NCBI GenBank assembly: GCA_965216785.1
Contig: OZ244197.1
Span: forward strand, 2,784,001 to 2,848,000
Direction: 5' to 3'
Length of the DNA: 64,000 bases
Source: Thermodesulfobacteriota bacterium
GTDB taxonomy: Bacteria; Desulfobacterota_D; UBA1144; Nemesobacterales; UBA2774
This document shows, piece by piece, positions 19,068 through 29,152 of the stretch (position 1 is the stretch's first letter; every line of letters begins with the position of its first letter). Both the position numbers and the translations under genes were made by a program. Under the pieces are notes generated by a model. The model saw only the letters and a list, made by a program, of their open reading frames with translations. It did not search any database and was not told where the DNA came from.

Positions 19068-20309
19068 ATGGATAACCGGGATAATTCTAAAGGTATTTGG
19101 CGCGCGATTATAGTATGGGGTACAGGCGACCTGTACTTTATTCTGAGTGTAGTTACCGCAGTCTTGTTCGGTATATTGTCGCCTGAGCTACAGAAGCACC
19201 TAAATCTCACTACAGCTCAAGTGGGACTCCTCGGCTCTGTATTTTTCCTAAGTTATGGTTTGGCGCAGCTTGTAACTGGAAGCCTGATCGATTTATTGGG
19301 ACCCAGATTTACGCTGGCCGGATCGGCAGTAATTGCAGCGGCGGGTCTTCTCCTGCTTTCAGAAGCAGGTTCATTAGAAGTAGCATTGGCCGCTAAATTC
19401 CTCGTTGGCATAGGACTCTCAGCTTCCTACATCGGCGCGATTTATCTGGCAGGTACATGGTTTCCTTCAGAGAGGTTCCCACTCGTATCCGGCGTAACCG
19501 AAATGTCGGCAAATATATTTACAGCTGCCTTGGTGTTAGTAATGGCAATATCAGGGGGTTTTGTGAGCTATGGGCTTGTAATGAAAAGCTTGGGTCTAGT
19601 AATTTTAATACTAGGTGTTCTTATTTTCATAATTGTAAGGTCCGCACCGCGGACGAGCAGTGAAACGGAAAAGGCGAACCAGGAGAGAGGCTATCTCTCT
19701 GATGTACGCGCACTCGTGAGTATTCCTCAATTTTGGCTTGGAGCAATTTATTTTAGCGCCGCTTTCGCTGTCTACCTGGCATTTGCCGACCTATGGAATA
19801 TTCCCGATCAGCTGGCATATGGAAATTCACTTGAAACAGCCGCAATTATGAACGCTATGCTCCCTCTGGGCGGGGCATTCGGGGCTGTGCTGGCGGGATG
19901 GTTTTCCGATTACCTGGGCCGCCGTTCGATAGTGGCAAAATCTTATATGGGCGGGATGCTGATAGTCAGCGCTGTTATGATATACGGACCGACTTTACCG
20001 GTCTCGATCGCCTTTATGCTGCTTATAGTGCTAGGCTTCTTCTTTGGCGGCGCCGTGCTGGGCTTTCCGCTTGTGGAGCAGCATATACCGCCTGCACTTA
20101 AAGGAAGGGCTTTCGGACTCATGGCTATGATAGCTTATCTATTGAGCGCGCTCCTTCAGTACATAATGGGCGTACTTTTAGGATTGCAGCCTTCGCCCGG
20201 GACTCCGGCAGCTATACATGACTTCAAATTGGCATTAACGCCTTTAATTATAGTTCTCGTGATAGGTCTTATCTCAAGCCGCTGGCTCAAGGACCCTGAG
20301 AAGGTTTAA
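19068..20309 (+). CDS. MFS transporter
   Basis: About 12 TM segments; GSLIDLLGPR and GWFSDYLGRR motif A copies; WFPSERF. Confidence 0.9.
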   Translation: MDNRDNSKGIWRAIIVWGTGDLYFILSVVTAVLFGILSPELQKHLNLTTAQVGLLGSVFFLSYGLAQLVTGSLIDLLGPRFTLAGSAVIAAAGLLLLSEAGSLEVALAAKFLVGIGLSASYIGAIYLAGTWFPSERFPLVSGVTEMSANIFTAALVLVMAISGGFVSYGLVMKSLGLVILILGVLIFIIVRSAPRTSSETEKANQERGYLSDVRALVSIPQFWLGAIYFSAAFAVYLAFADLWNIPDQLAYGNSLETAAIMNAMLPLGGAFGAVLAGWFSDYLGRRSIVAKSYMGGMLIVSAVMIYGPTLPVSIAFMLLIVLGFFFGGAVLGFPLVEQHIPPALKGRAFGLMAMIAYLLSALLQYIMGVLLGLQPSPGTPAAIHDFKLALTPLIIVLVIGLISSRWLKDPEKV

Positions 20310-20342
20310 ATAAATTTAAAGAAATGGAGGTTTGATATCTAA

Positions 20343-20936
20343 ATGGAAGAAATAAAGATTATAGACAGGTTGTTAGAGGTTACCGAAAAGGATATTGTTC
20401 CAATGACACAAACGGGTGTACGAGCAGGCAACAAAGTGTTCGGGGCTGCAATCCTGAGGAAAGACGATTTATCACTCGTTGTCGCATCGACCAATACCGA
20501 GACCGAAAACCCGCTATGGCACGGGGAAGTTCACACACTAAAGAAGCTTTACGAAATGCCGCGTGATCAAAGACCCGCGCCAAAGGACTGCATCTTCTTT
20601 GCGACGCACGAGCCCTGCCCTCTTTGTCTCTCCGCCATTACATGGGGAGGATATGATAATTTCTATTACCTTTTCAGCTACGTCGATTCCCGTGATTCTT
20701 TCAATATCCCCCATGACCTCCGAATATTAAAAGAGGTCTTCAAGTGTGACCACGGACAGTACGCCCATGAAAACCATTACTGGAAGAGCTACAGTATGAT
20801 GAATTTGATCAATGGCCTCGATGACGAAACCGCGCGTAAATTTCTTGGGCGTGTCGAGAATCTAAAGAAGGTATATGACGAAATGTCAGAGATTTACCAG
20901 CAGTCAAAGGGCACCGCAGACATCCCACTTAATTGA
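20343..20936 (+). CDS. Nucleoside/nucleobase deaminase (cytidine deaminase fold)
   Basis: GNKVFGAAIL, NPLWHGEV, THEPCPLCLSAITW zinc motifs. Confidence 0.88.
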   Translation: MEEIKIIDRLLEVTEKDIVPMTQTGVRAGNKVFGAAILRKDDLSLVVASTNTETENPLWHGEVHTLKKLYEMPRDQRPAPKDCIFFATHEPCPLCLSAITWGGYDNFYYLFSYVDSRDSFNIPHDLRILKEVFKCDHGQYAHENHYWKSYSMMNLINGLDDETARKFLGRVENLKKVYDEMSEIYQQSKGTADIPLN

Positions 20937-20988
20937 GAAAAATGAGATTCCGACTACCCGGGCCCTAACAATATTTTCATTGTCCGGA

Positions 20989-21110
20989 CGTATTATAGTA
21001 GCCCCGTGGCTATTCATTCAGCCCGACGTTCAGGTAATCATAAACCCTGACGGCAGGAGCGACAAAGATGACGCGCTCGTTATAGGGTTTGGTGTGGGAA
21101 CTGTTTTTAA
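20989..21110 (+). pseudogene. C-terminal remnant of an OprB-like carbohydrate porin
   Basis: RIIVAPWLFIQPDVQVIINPDGRSDKDDALVIGFGVGTVF matches the OprB C-terminal pattern (PW..QPD.Q.I.NP.G....DALV.G) ending in Phe; no 5' part; a TAA lies one base out of frame. Confidence 0.65.
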
Positions 21111-21146
21111 AGCTTTTGCTTCCTTTACTCTTACCCAAACAAACCC

Positions 21147-21791
21147 CTACCTTAGCCTGAATGAGAAAGTGAAATTAAAGAGACCCGTAGCGTTGGCGCC
21201 GATAGCTGTCTGTGTTACCTCGCCACGGGCCCTACGGTATATTCCGCTTCCTCCCGTCACGGGTCTTTTAAAAGGAACGTTTAGATCAATGAGCTCCACA
21301 CCGTCGCTGATTAAAAGCCGGTCTCCGGGATTTTCTTCATCCAGGTTATATATCTGAGTTGTGGCTACGAAGGGACCGCTGGGGGTGAATATACCGCCCC
21401 TGGCGTCTTCACCGCCGTCACCTATAAACCACCCGCGGCAAATCCAGCGGCCTAGTACACTGTCAGGGAATTCGGGAGTACCGTCTGCAAAGAGCCCGCT
21501 ACCAGTATCTGAAAGCGTACCTTCGGGGTATATAACGCCCTGGACCACAAAGGATGCACCGTAGTACGGGTGAGGCCCCGGGTCTCCTTCCGGGTTATCA
21601 GGATTTGGACCCTGAGGCCCTTCGAACCTGATAGTGTTCGCGTCACAAGATACGTCTATATTAAGTCTGTTACGCTGGGCATTTGCTTGTGGTACGTTTA
21701 CGGCAGCAGCTGTGCCGATGCTAAGTGCGCCTAGCCCTAAGGTGCCGAGCTTGAGAAAACCACGTCTGGCAATCTTATCCAGAAATTCCAT
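21147..21791 (-). CDS. Tat-exported protein with dirigent/allene-oxide-cyclase-like beta-barrel
   Basis: AGGAGG RBS; twin-arginine signal ARRGFLK...ANA; C-terminal RPVTGGSGIYRRARGEV motif. Confidence 0.75.
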   Translation of the reverse strand: MEFLDKIARRGFLKLGTLGLGALSIGTAAAVNVPQANAQRNRLNIDVSCDANTIRFEGPQGPNPDNPEGDPGPHPYYGASFVVQGVIYPEGTLSDTGSGLFADGTPEFPDSVLGRWICRGWFIGDGGEDARGGIFTPSGPFVATTQIYNLDEENPGDRLLISDGVELIDLNVPFKRPVTGGSGIYRRARGEVTQTAIGANATGLFNFTFSFRLR

Positions 21792-21852
21792 GAAACACCT
21801 CCTGATTTTTTGCATCCGCCGCCATAAGGACGCGTGAGGGTAGCATGAGTGG

Positions 21853-21890
21853 AAAAGACGCCGAGGTATTACACTCTACTTCGGCAGTCT
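21853..21890 (-). terminator. Riboswitch expression-platform terminator
   Basis: Minus strand AGAC(T)GCCGA.GTA...TAC.TCGGCGTCT followed by TTT; the 5' arm overlaps the aptamer 3' end. Confidence 0.6.
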
Positions 21891-21982
21891 GGCGGCCATA
21901 CTCCACTGATCTCTGTAGATCAAACAGAGGTTAAGCCCATGACTTTGCGTGCCATCCTTTCAGATGGGTTGCCCTTATCGGT
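21880..21982 (-). ncRNA. c-di-GMP-I (GEMM) riboswitch
   Basis: Minus strand AAGGGCAACCCATCTGAAAGGATGGCACGCAAAGTCATGGGCTTAA...TATGGCCGCCAGACTGCCG: GNRA-capped P2, ACGCAAAG, tetraloop-receptor-like CTTAA..ATG, terminal CTGCC. Confidence 0.85.
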
Positions 21983-22187
21983 GTCGGACGTTTCAGCTCC
22001 AAGCGTAAAGGATAGATACTGCCGAATCAACAAAAATTTTCAGAATATTAGGCGCAATCTCTTACGTATGTATAAAATGAAGAATCCAATTCACATTTCC
22101 ATGATCTAAATATTCATAAACATTGAACCCAGATAAACAGAATATTTGATGTATGCCGATTTACCTACTAAAAATTTATAGAACGAG

Positions 22188-23036
22188 GTGTTGATAGTGA
22201 GATTTTTATTGATTGCGGCAATCGGCCTAATTTCGATATTTACGACTGCCCTAGCCTATGCTGATTCTAACGTCCAAAACGCTCAAGAGCTAAATGGAAA
22301 GCTGATCATTACGGGTTCAAGTACTGTGGCTCCTCTGGTCTCAGAGATAGCAAAGCGTTTTGAGGCCCAACATTCCGACGTTCGTATTGACGTCCAAATG
22401 GGAGGCTCTTCTAGGGGAATATCGGACGTAAGACAGAATATATCGGATATAGGCATGGTCTCCCGGGCTCTAAAAGAAAATGAAATGGATATTATGGCAT
22501 TCCCGATTGCGCTTGACGGGATAACTATGATAGTTCATGAATCTAACCCTGTGGACGAGCTGACGAATGGGCAAATAGTTGATATTTATACCGGGAAGAT
22601 CAGAAACTGGAACGAGGTTGGCGGGAATGACGCGCCGATAACCGTAGTCAGTAAAGCCGAGGGCCGCGGGACACTGGATTTATTTCTAAAGTACTTTCAG
22701 ATAAAAAACTCGGACATAAAGCCGCATGTAATTATCGGCGACAACGAGCAGGGAGTTAAAACGGTGTCAGCAAACAAGAACTCTATAGGTTTTGTTTCTG
22801 TAGGTACGGCGGAGTATGACGCCGGAATCGGGATACCGATAAAGCCCCTTCCGCTAAACGGTGTGGCGGCTTCCACCGAGAATATAAGGAGCGGTCAATT
22901 CCCCCTGAGCCGTAAGCTGAACCTTGTTACAAACGCCAATCCCGATGGGTTGACAGCGGTATTTATAGAGTTCGCAAACTCAAACGAAGTTGCCGATATT
23001 ATAGAGGATCAGTATTTTGTCACAACGCCTGAGTGA
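22188..23036 (+). CDS. pstS: Phosphate ABC transporter substrate-binding protein
   Basis: ITGSSTV, GGSSRG, DIGMVSR, IALDG, EGRGT; first gene of the pst operon. Confidence 0.9.
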   Translation: MLIVRFLLIAAIGLISIFTTALAYADSNVQNAQELNGKLIITGSSTVAPLVSEIAKRFEAQHSDVRIDVQMGGSSRGISDVRQNISDIGMVSRALKENEMDIMAFPIALDGITMIVHESNPVDELTNGQIVDIYTGKIRNWNEVGGNDAPITVVSKAEGRGTLDLFLKYFQIKNSDIKPHVIIGDNEQGVKTVSANKNSIGFVSVGTAEYDAGIGIPIKPLPLNGVAASTENIRSGQFPLSRKLNLVTNANPDGLTAVFIEFANSNEVADIIEDQYFVTTPE

Positions 23037-23871
23037 TGTCCTCTTAGTCTGGACGCTGAGAATCTGCGCGGTTTTGGCGGGCGTTATAGTCTTATTTATA
23101 GCTATATTCCTCGTTAAGGAGTCCCTTCCTGTTCTGAGTAGCGTTGGAATAGGCAGGTTCTTCACCGACTCTTCATGGCATCCCGCAGAGAATTTGTATA
23201 ACTTGACACCTATGCTCTTGGGTACGTTATTCGCTATGGCCGGCTCAGTGCTTATAGCAACCCCGCTTGGGATATTGTCGGCAATATTTGTGAATTACTA
23301 TGCGCCTCCGAGGGTAGCCCAGTCATTCCGGGGGGTTTTGGGGCTGCTTGCGGGGATCCCCTCAGTCGTCTACGGGTTTTGGGGACTCGTAGTACTGGTG
23401 CCTTTGATTGGTGAGCTCGAGCCTCCCGGACCGAGCCTTCTGGCCGGAATCCTGATACTGACAATTATGATACTTCCGACCATTGCTTTAGTCGCCGACT
23501 CAAGCATCGGCGGCGTACCGAAAGAATATATGACATCCGCAGCTTCATTGGGACTTTCAAGATGGACCGCAATAAGAAGAATAATCCTGCCCTCTGCCAA
23601 ATCCGGCCTGTTCACAGGAACAATACTTGAGACAGGGCGGGCAATCGGGGAGACAATGGCCGTGCTGATGGTGTGCGGGAACGTGGTGCAGATTCCGAAA
23701 AGCGTGTTTGAACCCGTGAGGACACTAACAGCGAACATCGCGCTTGAAATGGCTTATGCGCTGGGTGATCACCGATCGGCTCTTTTTGTGAGCGGACTAT
23801 TCCTGATGTTGATAATAGTGTGCTTGGTACTAGCTGCTGAGTGGATAAGCAGGGGGAGGATTTATGCGTGA
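23017..23871 (+). CDS. pstC: Phosphate ABC transporter permease PstC
   Basis: LLAGIPSVVYGFWG, GRAIGETMAVLMVCGN. Confidence 0.92.
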   Translation: MSQRLSDVLLVWTLRICAVLAGVIVLFIAIFLVKESLPVLSSVGIGRFFTDSSWHPAENLYNLTPMLLGTLFAMAGSVLIATPLGILSAIFVNYYAPPRVAQSFRGVLGLLAGIPSVVYGFWGLVVLVPLIGELEPPGPSLLAGILILTIMILPTIALVADSSIGGVPKEYMTSAASLGLSRWTAIRRIILPSAKSGLFTGTILETGRAIGETMAVLMVCGNVVQIPKSVFEPVRTLTANIALEMAYALGDHRSALFVSGLFLMLIIVCLVLAAEWISRGRIYA

Positions 23872-24742
23872 CGCTTTGGAGCTGAAGGGAAACAGAACAA
23901 TAAATTCAAAACGGGAAAGATTGCCGAAACTGATAGTATGGTCTTCGGCCATATTGGTGAGCGCCGTATTTTTCTTGATATTGAGCAGCATAGTGCGGCA
24001 CGGTATAGGGCAAATTTCCTGGGAGTTTATCACCTCGGCACCCGAGAATGCCGGGCGAGCCGGGGGGATCGGCCCTATACTGATATCGACGGGGCTTATA
24101 CTAGCTGTCGCAATAGCGGCGGCGCTTCCGATCGGGCTTGGTACAGCCATATTACTCTCAGAATTTACACCGAGAGATAGCATATTCGGACGATTTGTGA
24201 GAAGGAGCCTTGATATTTTAGCCGGAGTGCCATCTATAGTATTCGGGCTATTCGGTTTTGTTTTTTTCTCGAACATACTGGGACTCGGCTTTTCCATATT
24301 ATCAGGGGGGCTGACCCTTGCATGTATGGTGCTGCCCATATTGATAAGGTCCACGGAAGAGGGTTTCAGGTCGGCGCCCGAGGAATACAGAATATCCGCG
24401 GCTTCAGTAGGGTTATCAAAAACCACGACCATATTCAGGATACTCCTTCCCGCAGCTGCGCCCGGGCTCACAGTGGGGCTGATACTGGGTACCGGAAGAG
24501 CGATAGCTGAAACGGCGGCGCTTCTTTATACAAGCGGTTATGTGGACAGAATGCCTACTTCGCTTCTCGATTCGGGAAGGGCGTTATCTATACACATTTT
24601 CGATCTATCGATGAATGTTGCAGGAGGAAACGAGAAAGCGTACGCATCGGCGCTCGTACTGGTAAGCATATTGGCGGTCATAAATATAGTTTCTTTCTAT
24701 ATATCACATAATTGGCTAAGAAGGAGAATAACAATAATATGA
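23864..24742 (+). CDS. pstA: Phosphate ABC transporter permease PstA
   Basis: GGIGP, LAGVPSIVFGLFG, RAIAETAALL. Confidence 0.92.
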   Translation: MRDALELKGNRTINSKRERLPKLIVWSSAILVSAVFFLILSSIVRHGIGQISWEFITSAPENAGRAGGIGPILISTGLILAVAIAAALPIGLGTAILLSEFTPRDSIFGRFVRRSLDILAGVPSIVFGLFGFVFFSNILGLGFSILSGGLTLACMVLPILIRSTEEGFRSAPEEYRISAASVGLSKTTTIFRILLPAAAPGLTVGLILGTGRAIAETAALLYTSGYVDRMPTSLLDSGRALSIHIFDLSMNVAGGNEKAYASALVLVSILAVINIVSFYISHNWLRRRITII

Positions 24743-25575
24743 ATGTACTACTAAATAGGAGCGGCGCAGTTTATGAAAGTACTCGTAAATACGAGAGAGA
24801 GGAAAGGAGTCTTTCTCAAATAAGCACCCGGGATTTGAGTCTGTATTACGGCAATAAGCCTGCTTTCAAAGGAGTGAATCTGACAATAAATCCGGGATCC
24901 ATAACAGCAGTTGTAGGACCCTCAGGATGCGGCAAGTCAAGCTTCCTTCTTAGCTTAAACCGCCTGGCGGAGCTTGTTGCGGGCTGCACCGTGAGCGGCA
25001 GCGTGCGAATCGGAGAGCACGATATATTCTCACCTGAGACAGACCTTACATCCCTTCGTCTGAGCGTAGGGATGATATTCCAGAAACCAAACCCCTTCCC
25101 TCTTTCCGTTAAGGAAAACATTGCACTACCGTTAAAAGAGCACGGTACTTTAGATAAAAACGAAATCGACAAAAGAGTGGAAAAGGCGCTGAAGAAAGTA
25201 GGACTCTGGGACGAAGTGCGGGACAGGCTGAACACTCCTGCGCTGTCGCTATCGGGGGGTCAGCAGCAGCGCCTTTGTATCGCAAGGACTCTCGCGCTTG
25301 AGCCCAAAGTATTGTTACTGGACGAGCCCTGCAGCGCGCTCGATCCGCTAGCAAGCTCGGTCGTGGAAGATTTGATAACAGAGCTCAGGGGGAAATATAC
25401 GATTATCATCGTTACGCATAATCTTCCGCAGGCCAGGAGAATAGCTGATTACGTCGCTTTTTTCTGGATGCAAAATAACGCGGGAGCCCTAATTGAATAT
25501 GGCCTGACAGAGCGGATATTCAATGAGCCACAAAACGAGTTAACCGAGGCTTATATAAAGGGCGCTAGGGGATGA
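24739..25575 (+). CDS. pstB: Phosphate ABC transporter ATPase PstB
   Basis: ATGA overlap with pstA; GPSGCGKS, FQKPNPFP, LSGGQQQRLCIAR, DEPCSALDP. Confidence 0.93.
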   Translation: MNVLLNRSGAVYESTRKYEREERSLSQISTRDLSLYYGNKPAFKGVNLTINPGSITAVVGPSGCGKSSFLLSLNRLAELVAGCTVSGSVRIGEHDIFSPETDLTSLRLSVGMIFQKPNPFPLSVKENIALPLKEHGTLDKNEIDKRVEKALKKVGLWDEVRDRLNTPALSLSGGQQQRLCIARTLALEPKVLLLDEPCSALDPLASSVVEDLITELRGKYTIIIVTHNLPQARRIADYVAFFWMQNNAGALIEYGLTERIFNEPQNELTEAYIKGARG

Positions 25576-25636
25576 GCGGCTTATATTACATGAGCCTATA
25601 TATATGACTTTATATAGTCTAAAATAATGTGAAATT

Positions 25637-26407
25637 ATGAAACTTAAAATGAGAAATGCCGGGACATCGGGCCCGGAAATCCTGATACTGCACGGTTTGA
25701 TGGGATCCTCACGTAACTGGCAGCGTATCATGCGGCAGCTTTCTTCAGACTTCCGCGTGATTGTCCCTGATTTGCGGAACCACGGGGAATCGCCTTACGG
25801 TCCGCACAACATTGACGAGATGCAGGACGACGTACTCGAGCTCATAGATACGAAGTTTGAAGAGCCTCCCCACTTGATTGGCCATTCAATGGGAGGGCAG
25901 ACGGCAATGGCTGTGGCAACATCGGAAGGCACTCAAATTGCGAGCCTAACTTTGGTTGACGCGGCGGCTGTGAGGCTGAAAGGGAGTCTTTTCAAACTGC
26001 TAGACGCTCTTATGGAAATTGATCTTAATTCTATCACCAGCCGGGCTGACGCCGAAAAAGCAGTCTCAAACAAGATCACCGATCTGAGGGTACGGCAGTT
26101 TTTACTTCAGAACTTAAAACAAAATGATGAAGGTGAGTTTAACTGGCAATGCAATCTTCCCGAGCTGAGGCGCTACGCGGCAGAGGAAACTTTCTCTCTT
26201 CCAGACGAAGCAGTTTTTGAAGGACCTACTCTGGTACTCGCGGGAGGGCAATCGGAGTACCGGGTATGGGAGCAAGAGGATATCTATAAAACCCATTTTC
26301 CCAATATGACTCTTGAGATTGTAAGGGATGCGGGTCATTGGCTCCACGCCGATGCGTCTGAAATCTTTTTACGCCGTGTAAAGGATTTTATTGGCTCACA
26401 GATCTAA
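25637..26407 (+). CDS. Alpha/beta hydrolase (YbfF/ABHD11-like esterase)
   Basis: LHGLMGSSRNW, DLRNHGES, GHSMGG, AGHWLHAD. Confidence 0.88.
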   Translation: MKLKMRNAGTSGPEILILHGLMGSSRNWQRIMRQLSSDFRVIVPDLRNHGESPYGPHNIDEMQDDVLELIDTKFEEPPHLIGHSMGGQTAMAVATSEGTQIASLTLVDAAAVRLKGSLFKLLDALMEIDLNSITSRADAEKAVSNKITDLRVRQFLLQNLKQNDEGEFNWQCNLPELRRYAAEETFSLPDEAVFEGPTLVLAGGQSEYRVWEQEDIYKTHFPNMTLEIVRDAGHWLHADASEIFLRRVKDFIGSQI

Positions 26408-26522
26408 CTTATGTGGGGAGCCTTAGGCTTCAACAAATCACCGTTAAAGTCTTTTCACATTTGGATTAAATGATGAAAATAGGTATGACTGTATAAAAGC
26501 TGTGGTCACAGGAGACCAATGT

Positions 26523-27863
26523 ATGAGTAATGGCAGTGGAAATGTGAGTATTTCAAAAAATGGTCCGCTTGGCTGGGTGCGTGATATAAATTCCGATCAA
26601 TGGAAGGCTTTTTACGCAGCTTTTATGGGATGGACTCTCGACGCAATGGACCTGCTGCTGTTTGCCTTCGCTGTGAGCTCTATTGGTCAGGTCTTTAATC
26701 TCTCAGAGGCAATGGTCGGGGCGCTTTTCTCGGTAACGCTCTTTTCTTCTGCTTTCGGCGGCGCGGTGTTCGGAATTATCTCCGATTATATGGGGAGAGT
26801 TAGGGCGCTCACGTACAGCATACTTCTATATTCAGCTTTTACGGGTCTAAGCGCTTTTGCTCCCAATGTAACATATCTTCTTGTATGCCGAGTGTTTCTC
26901 GGCCTCGGTGTAGGTGGGGAATGGGCCTCAGGCGAGGTGCTCGTCGCCGAGAAATGGCCCAAGGAACATAGGGGTAAGGTAATAGGTATGGTCCAGAGCG
27001 GCTGGGGCATAGGTTATATACTTGCCGCGGTTCTGGCCACGCTGATTATCCCAAACTTCAAAGAGGGCGTGAGCTATACGGTTCCGATGATAGGGATTAC
27101 GTTCGACGGGCTTGATCTTGGGTGGAGGCTACTTTTCCTGGTGGGTGTACTGCCGGCGTTTCTGGTCTTCTATATAAGGAAGCATCTCGACGAGCCTGAG
27201 GTGTGGAAACAAACAAAGAAGCTAAGAAAAGAAGGGAGGCTTAGCGAAAAGGCAAAGAGATTTACACTCTCACAGATATTCAAACCGGACTTAATAAGAT
27301 ATACGGTTTCCGCAACCCTTCTAACGAGTCTCTGCATGATAGCGTACTGGGGTCTTTATTTCTGGATTCCTCAATTCTTAGCGAGTGAAAAGGGCGTGGG
27401 TTTGGACACAAAGGGCTTTATCTGGATTGTGCCAATAAATATCGGCGCTTTTATAGGATGCGTCACGTTCGGGTTTATAAGCGACCGTCTGGGAAGAAGA
27501 CCGGTTTTTGTTTTTTACCTTCTCATAATGGCGGTGCTCGTTTGGTTCTTTGGTCAGGCAACCACCCTTCGCGAGGTGCTTATCCTGGGGCCGTTCATCG
27601 GATTTTTCGGCACCGGGTTTTACTCTGGCTTCGGCTCGATATTCTCGGAGATATTTCCTACGAGAGCTCGGGGAACAGCACAGGGCTTCTGTTATAACGT
27701 AGGCAGAGGGGTATCCGCCGCCGCGCCACCTCTAATAGGCTTTCTCGTGGGGAAATACGGTTTTGCAACCGGATTGACGACTGTTTCCGTTTTTGCCGTT
27801 GCCGCGGCAGTCGTAGTAATAACGCTACCTGAAACTAAAGGCAAAGCGCTTGAGTTTGAATAA
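26523..27863 (+). CDS. MFS transporter (SHS/aromatic-acid type)
   Basis: GWTLDAMD, SDYMGRV, GLGVGGEW, SDRLGRR, EIFPTRARGTAQGF, LPETKGK. Confidence 0.9.
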   Translation: MSNGSGNVSISKNGPLGWVRDINSDQWKAFYAAFMGWTLDAMDLLLFAFAVSSIGQVFNLSEAMVGALFSVTLFSSAFGGAVFGIISDYMGRVRALTYSILLYSAFTGLSAFAPNVTYLLVCRVFLGLGVGGEWASGEVLVAEKWPKEHRGKVIGMVQSGWGIGYILAAVLATLIIPNFKEGVSYTVPMIGITFDGLDLGWRLLFLVGVLPAFLVFYIRKHLDEPEVWKQTKKLRKEGRLSEKAKRFTLSQIFKPDLIRYTVSATLLTSLCMIAYWGLYFWIPQFLASEKGVGLDTKGFIWIVPINIGAFIGCVTFGFISDRLGRRPVFVFYLLIMAVLVWFFGQATTLREVLILGPFIGFFGTGFYSGFGSIFSEIFPTRARGTAQGFCYNVGRGVSAAAPPLIGFLVGKYGFATGLTTVSVFAVAAAVVVITLPETKGKALEFE

Positions 27864-27895
27864 GGGTTATCAAATCCCCTTTTAATCTAACTATA

Positions 27896-28924
27896 CTATA
27901 TCGCTACATATTCCTGAGATAAAAGAATGGTTAATATCAGCAGTAAAAGCAGTAGTGACCAGATGATGATCGCGGTCCTTGTCGCTTTTTTAGCTTTTTT
28001 AGCTTCCCACCATGAGAGCGGTCTGACGCCCTGTATGAAGAAAGTTGTAACGGCGGATAGGTTTATACAGATAACGTTGACAAGTAAGAGCTGGAGAGCA
28101 CCTGCGGCCTGAGTAAAGTTACCGGTACCCGCCAGCATTCCGACGGATACAGTGGGAGGGAGTAGAGCGACGGCAACCATCACGCCAATGAGAGCACTCG
28201 GCAGTCCCTGGGTAAAAGCGAGAGTACCCGCGACTCCAGAGGCAAGGGCGAGAGCTATGTCTCCAAACCCGACCTCGGTTCTTGAGGCAAGCTGCGGTAT
28301 TGTGGGATCTACTGAAAAAATTACGCCTATGGCTATTGCGAATATTAGCGCAACCGCAAGACCGGCAGCGTTGGCCTTAAACGCTCTTACTATGAGGTTT
28401 AAATCCCCAAGCGTTGTGCCGAAAGCAAGAGCCATGTTTGGGCCTATGAGAGGGGCGATTACCATTGCGCCTATAATAATTGCTACATTATTTTTCAAGA
28501 TTCCGATTGATGCGACGACAGAGGAAAGCACTACGAGCACAATATATACTAAAGTAATGTTCGCGCTGTCGTTTATATCGGCGTACAGCTCCTCCCTGCT
28601 AATCCTGCCGATTTTTAATACTGATTCTTTCTTCTTCTCCGGAACACTTTCCGCTACCTCTTCTTTTGACTCAACGGGCCGGGGAATTGTAGCCTCTACA
28701 GGCAGCAGGACTATTCTAAATACCTTCTTGCCTGAATAACGCTTTTCCAGGATATCGAGGATGTCCTCGCAGTCTTTGGCAAGGGCAATGATTTTCACGA
28801 CTACGCTCTTGTCGGTCCCACTTTCCTCCCAGATACCAATAATGGGAAGCTCACCGAGAAGCTCTTTCACGGACTCTGTGGTTTCACCCACAGGCAGAAT
28901 AGATTCGATAAGACGTAGGCTCAT
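27896..28924 (-). CDS. TIGR00341/DUF389 family membrane protein
   Basis: SREELY, IIIGAMVIAPLIGP, GVMVAVALLPP. Confidence 0.85.
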   Translation of the reverse strand: MSLRLIESILPVGETTESVKELLGELPIIGIWEESGTDKSVVVKIIALAKDCEDILDILEKRYSGKKVFRIVLLPVEATIPRPVESKEEVAESVPEKKKESVLKIGRISREELYADINDSANITLVYIVLVVLSSVVASIGILKNNVAIIIGAMVIAPLIGPNMALAFGTTLGDLNLIVRAFKANAAGLAVALIFAIAIGVIFSVDPTIPQLASRTEVGFGDIALALASGVAGTLAFTQGLPSALIGVMVAVALLPPTVSVGMLAGTGNFTQAAGALQLLLVNVICINLSAVTTFFIQGVRPLSWWEAKKAKKATRTAIIIWSLLLLLLILTILLSQEYVAI

Positions 28925-29090
28925 TGCCGCTCCTTATAAATCATATTTAAGCTCGAATTGACTATAACAAAATACTCTAAGCAATTATGGAAGACAATGA
29001 CAGTCAAGTGGCAAGTTAGCAAGTCATTCAGGCTCAGGGGAATTAGAATACAGCGGCGGGTGGGACAAATGCGGAGTACTATTTACAAAC

Positions 29091-29118
29091 AAAAAAGGGA
29101 GCCGAAGCTCCCTTTTTT
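29091..29118 (-). terminator. Intrinsic terminator (bidirectional shape)
   Basis: AAAAAAGGGAGC-CGAA-GCTCCCTTTTTT; UUCG loop on the minus strand. Confidence 0.85.
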
Positions 29119-29152
29119 AATATATATCCTTAACGTTCTTTCTTGTGTGTAA

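Noticed and set aside
20875-21357. 160-aa plus-strand ORF as a real gene
   Set aside because: It overlaps the deaminase and lies antisense to the Tat protein; only the ~40-codon porin-like remnant looks meaningful.
21849-22109. 86-aa plus-strand ORF
   Set aside because: It is antisense to the riboswitch and has no recognisable protein features.
22085-22125. Pho box upstream of pstS
   Set aside because: TTCAC and TTCAT half-sites are 23 bp apart and match the consensus poorly.
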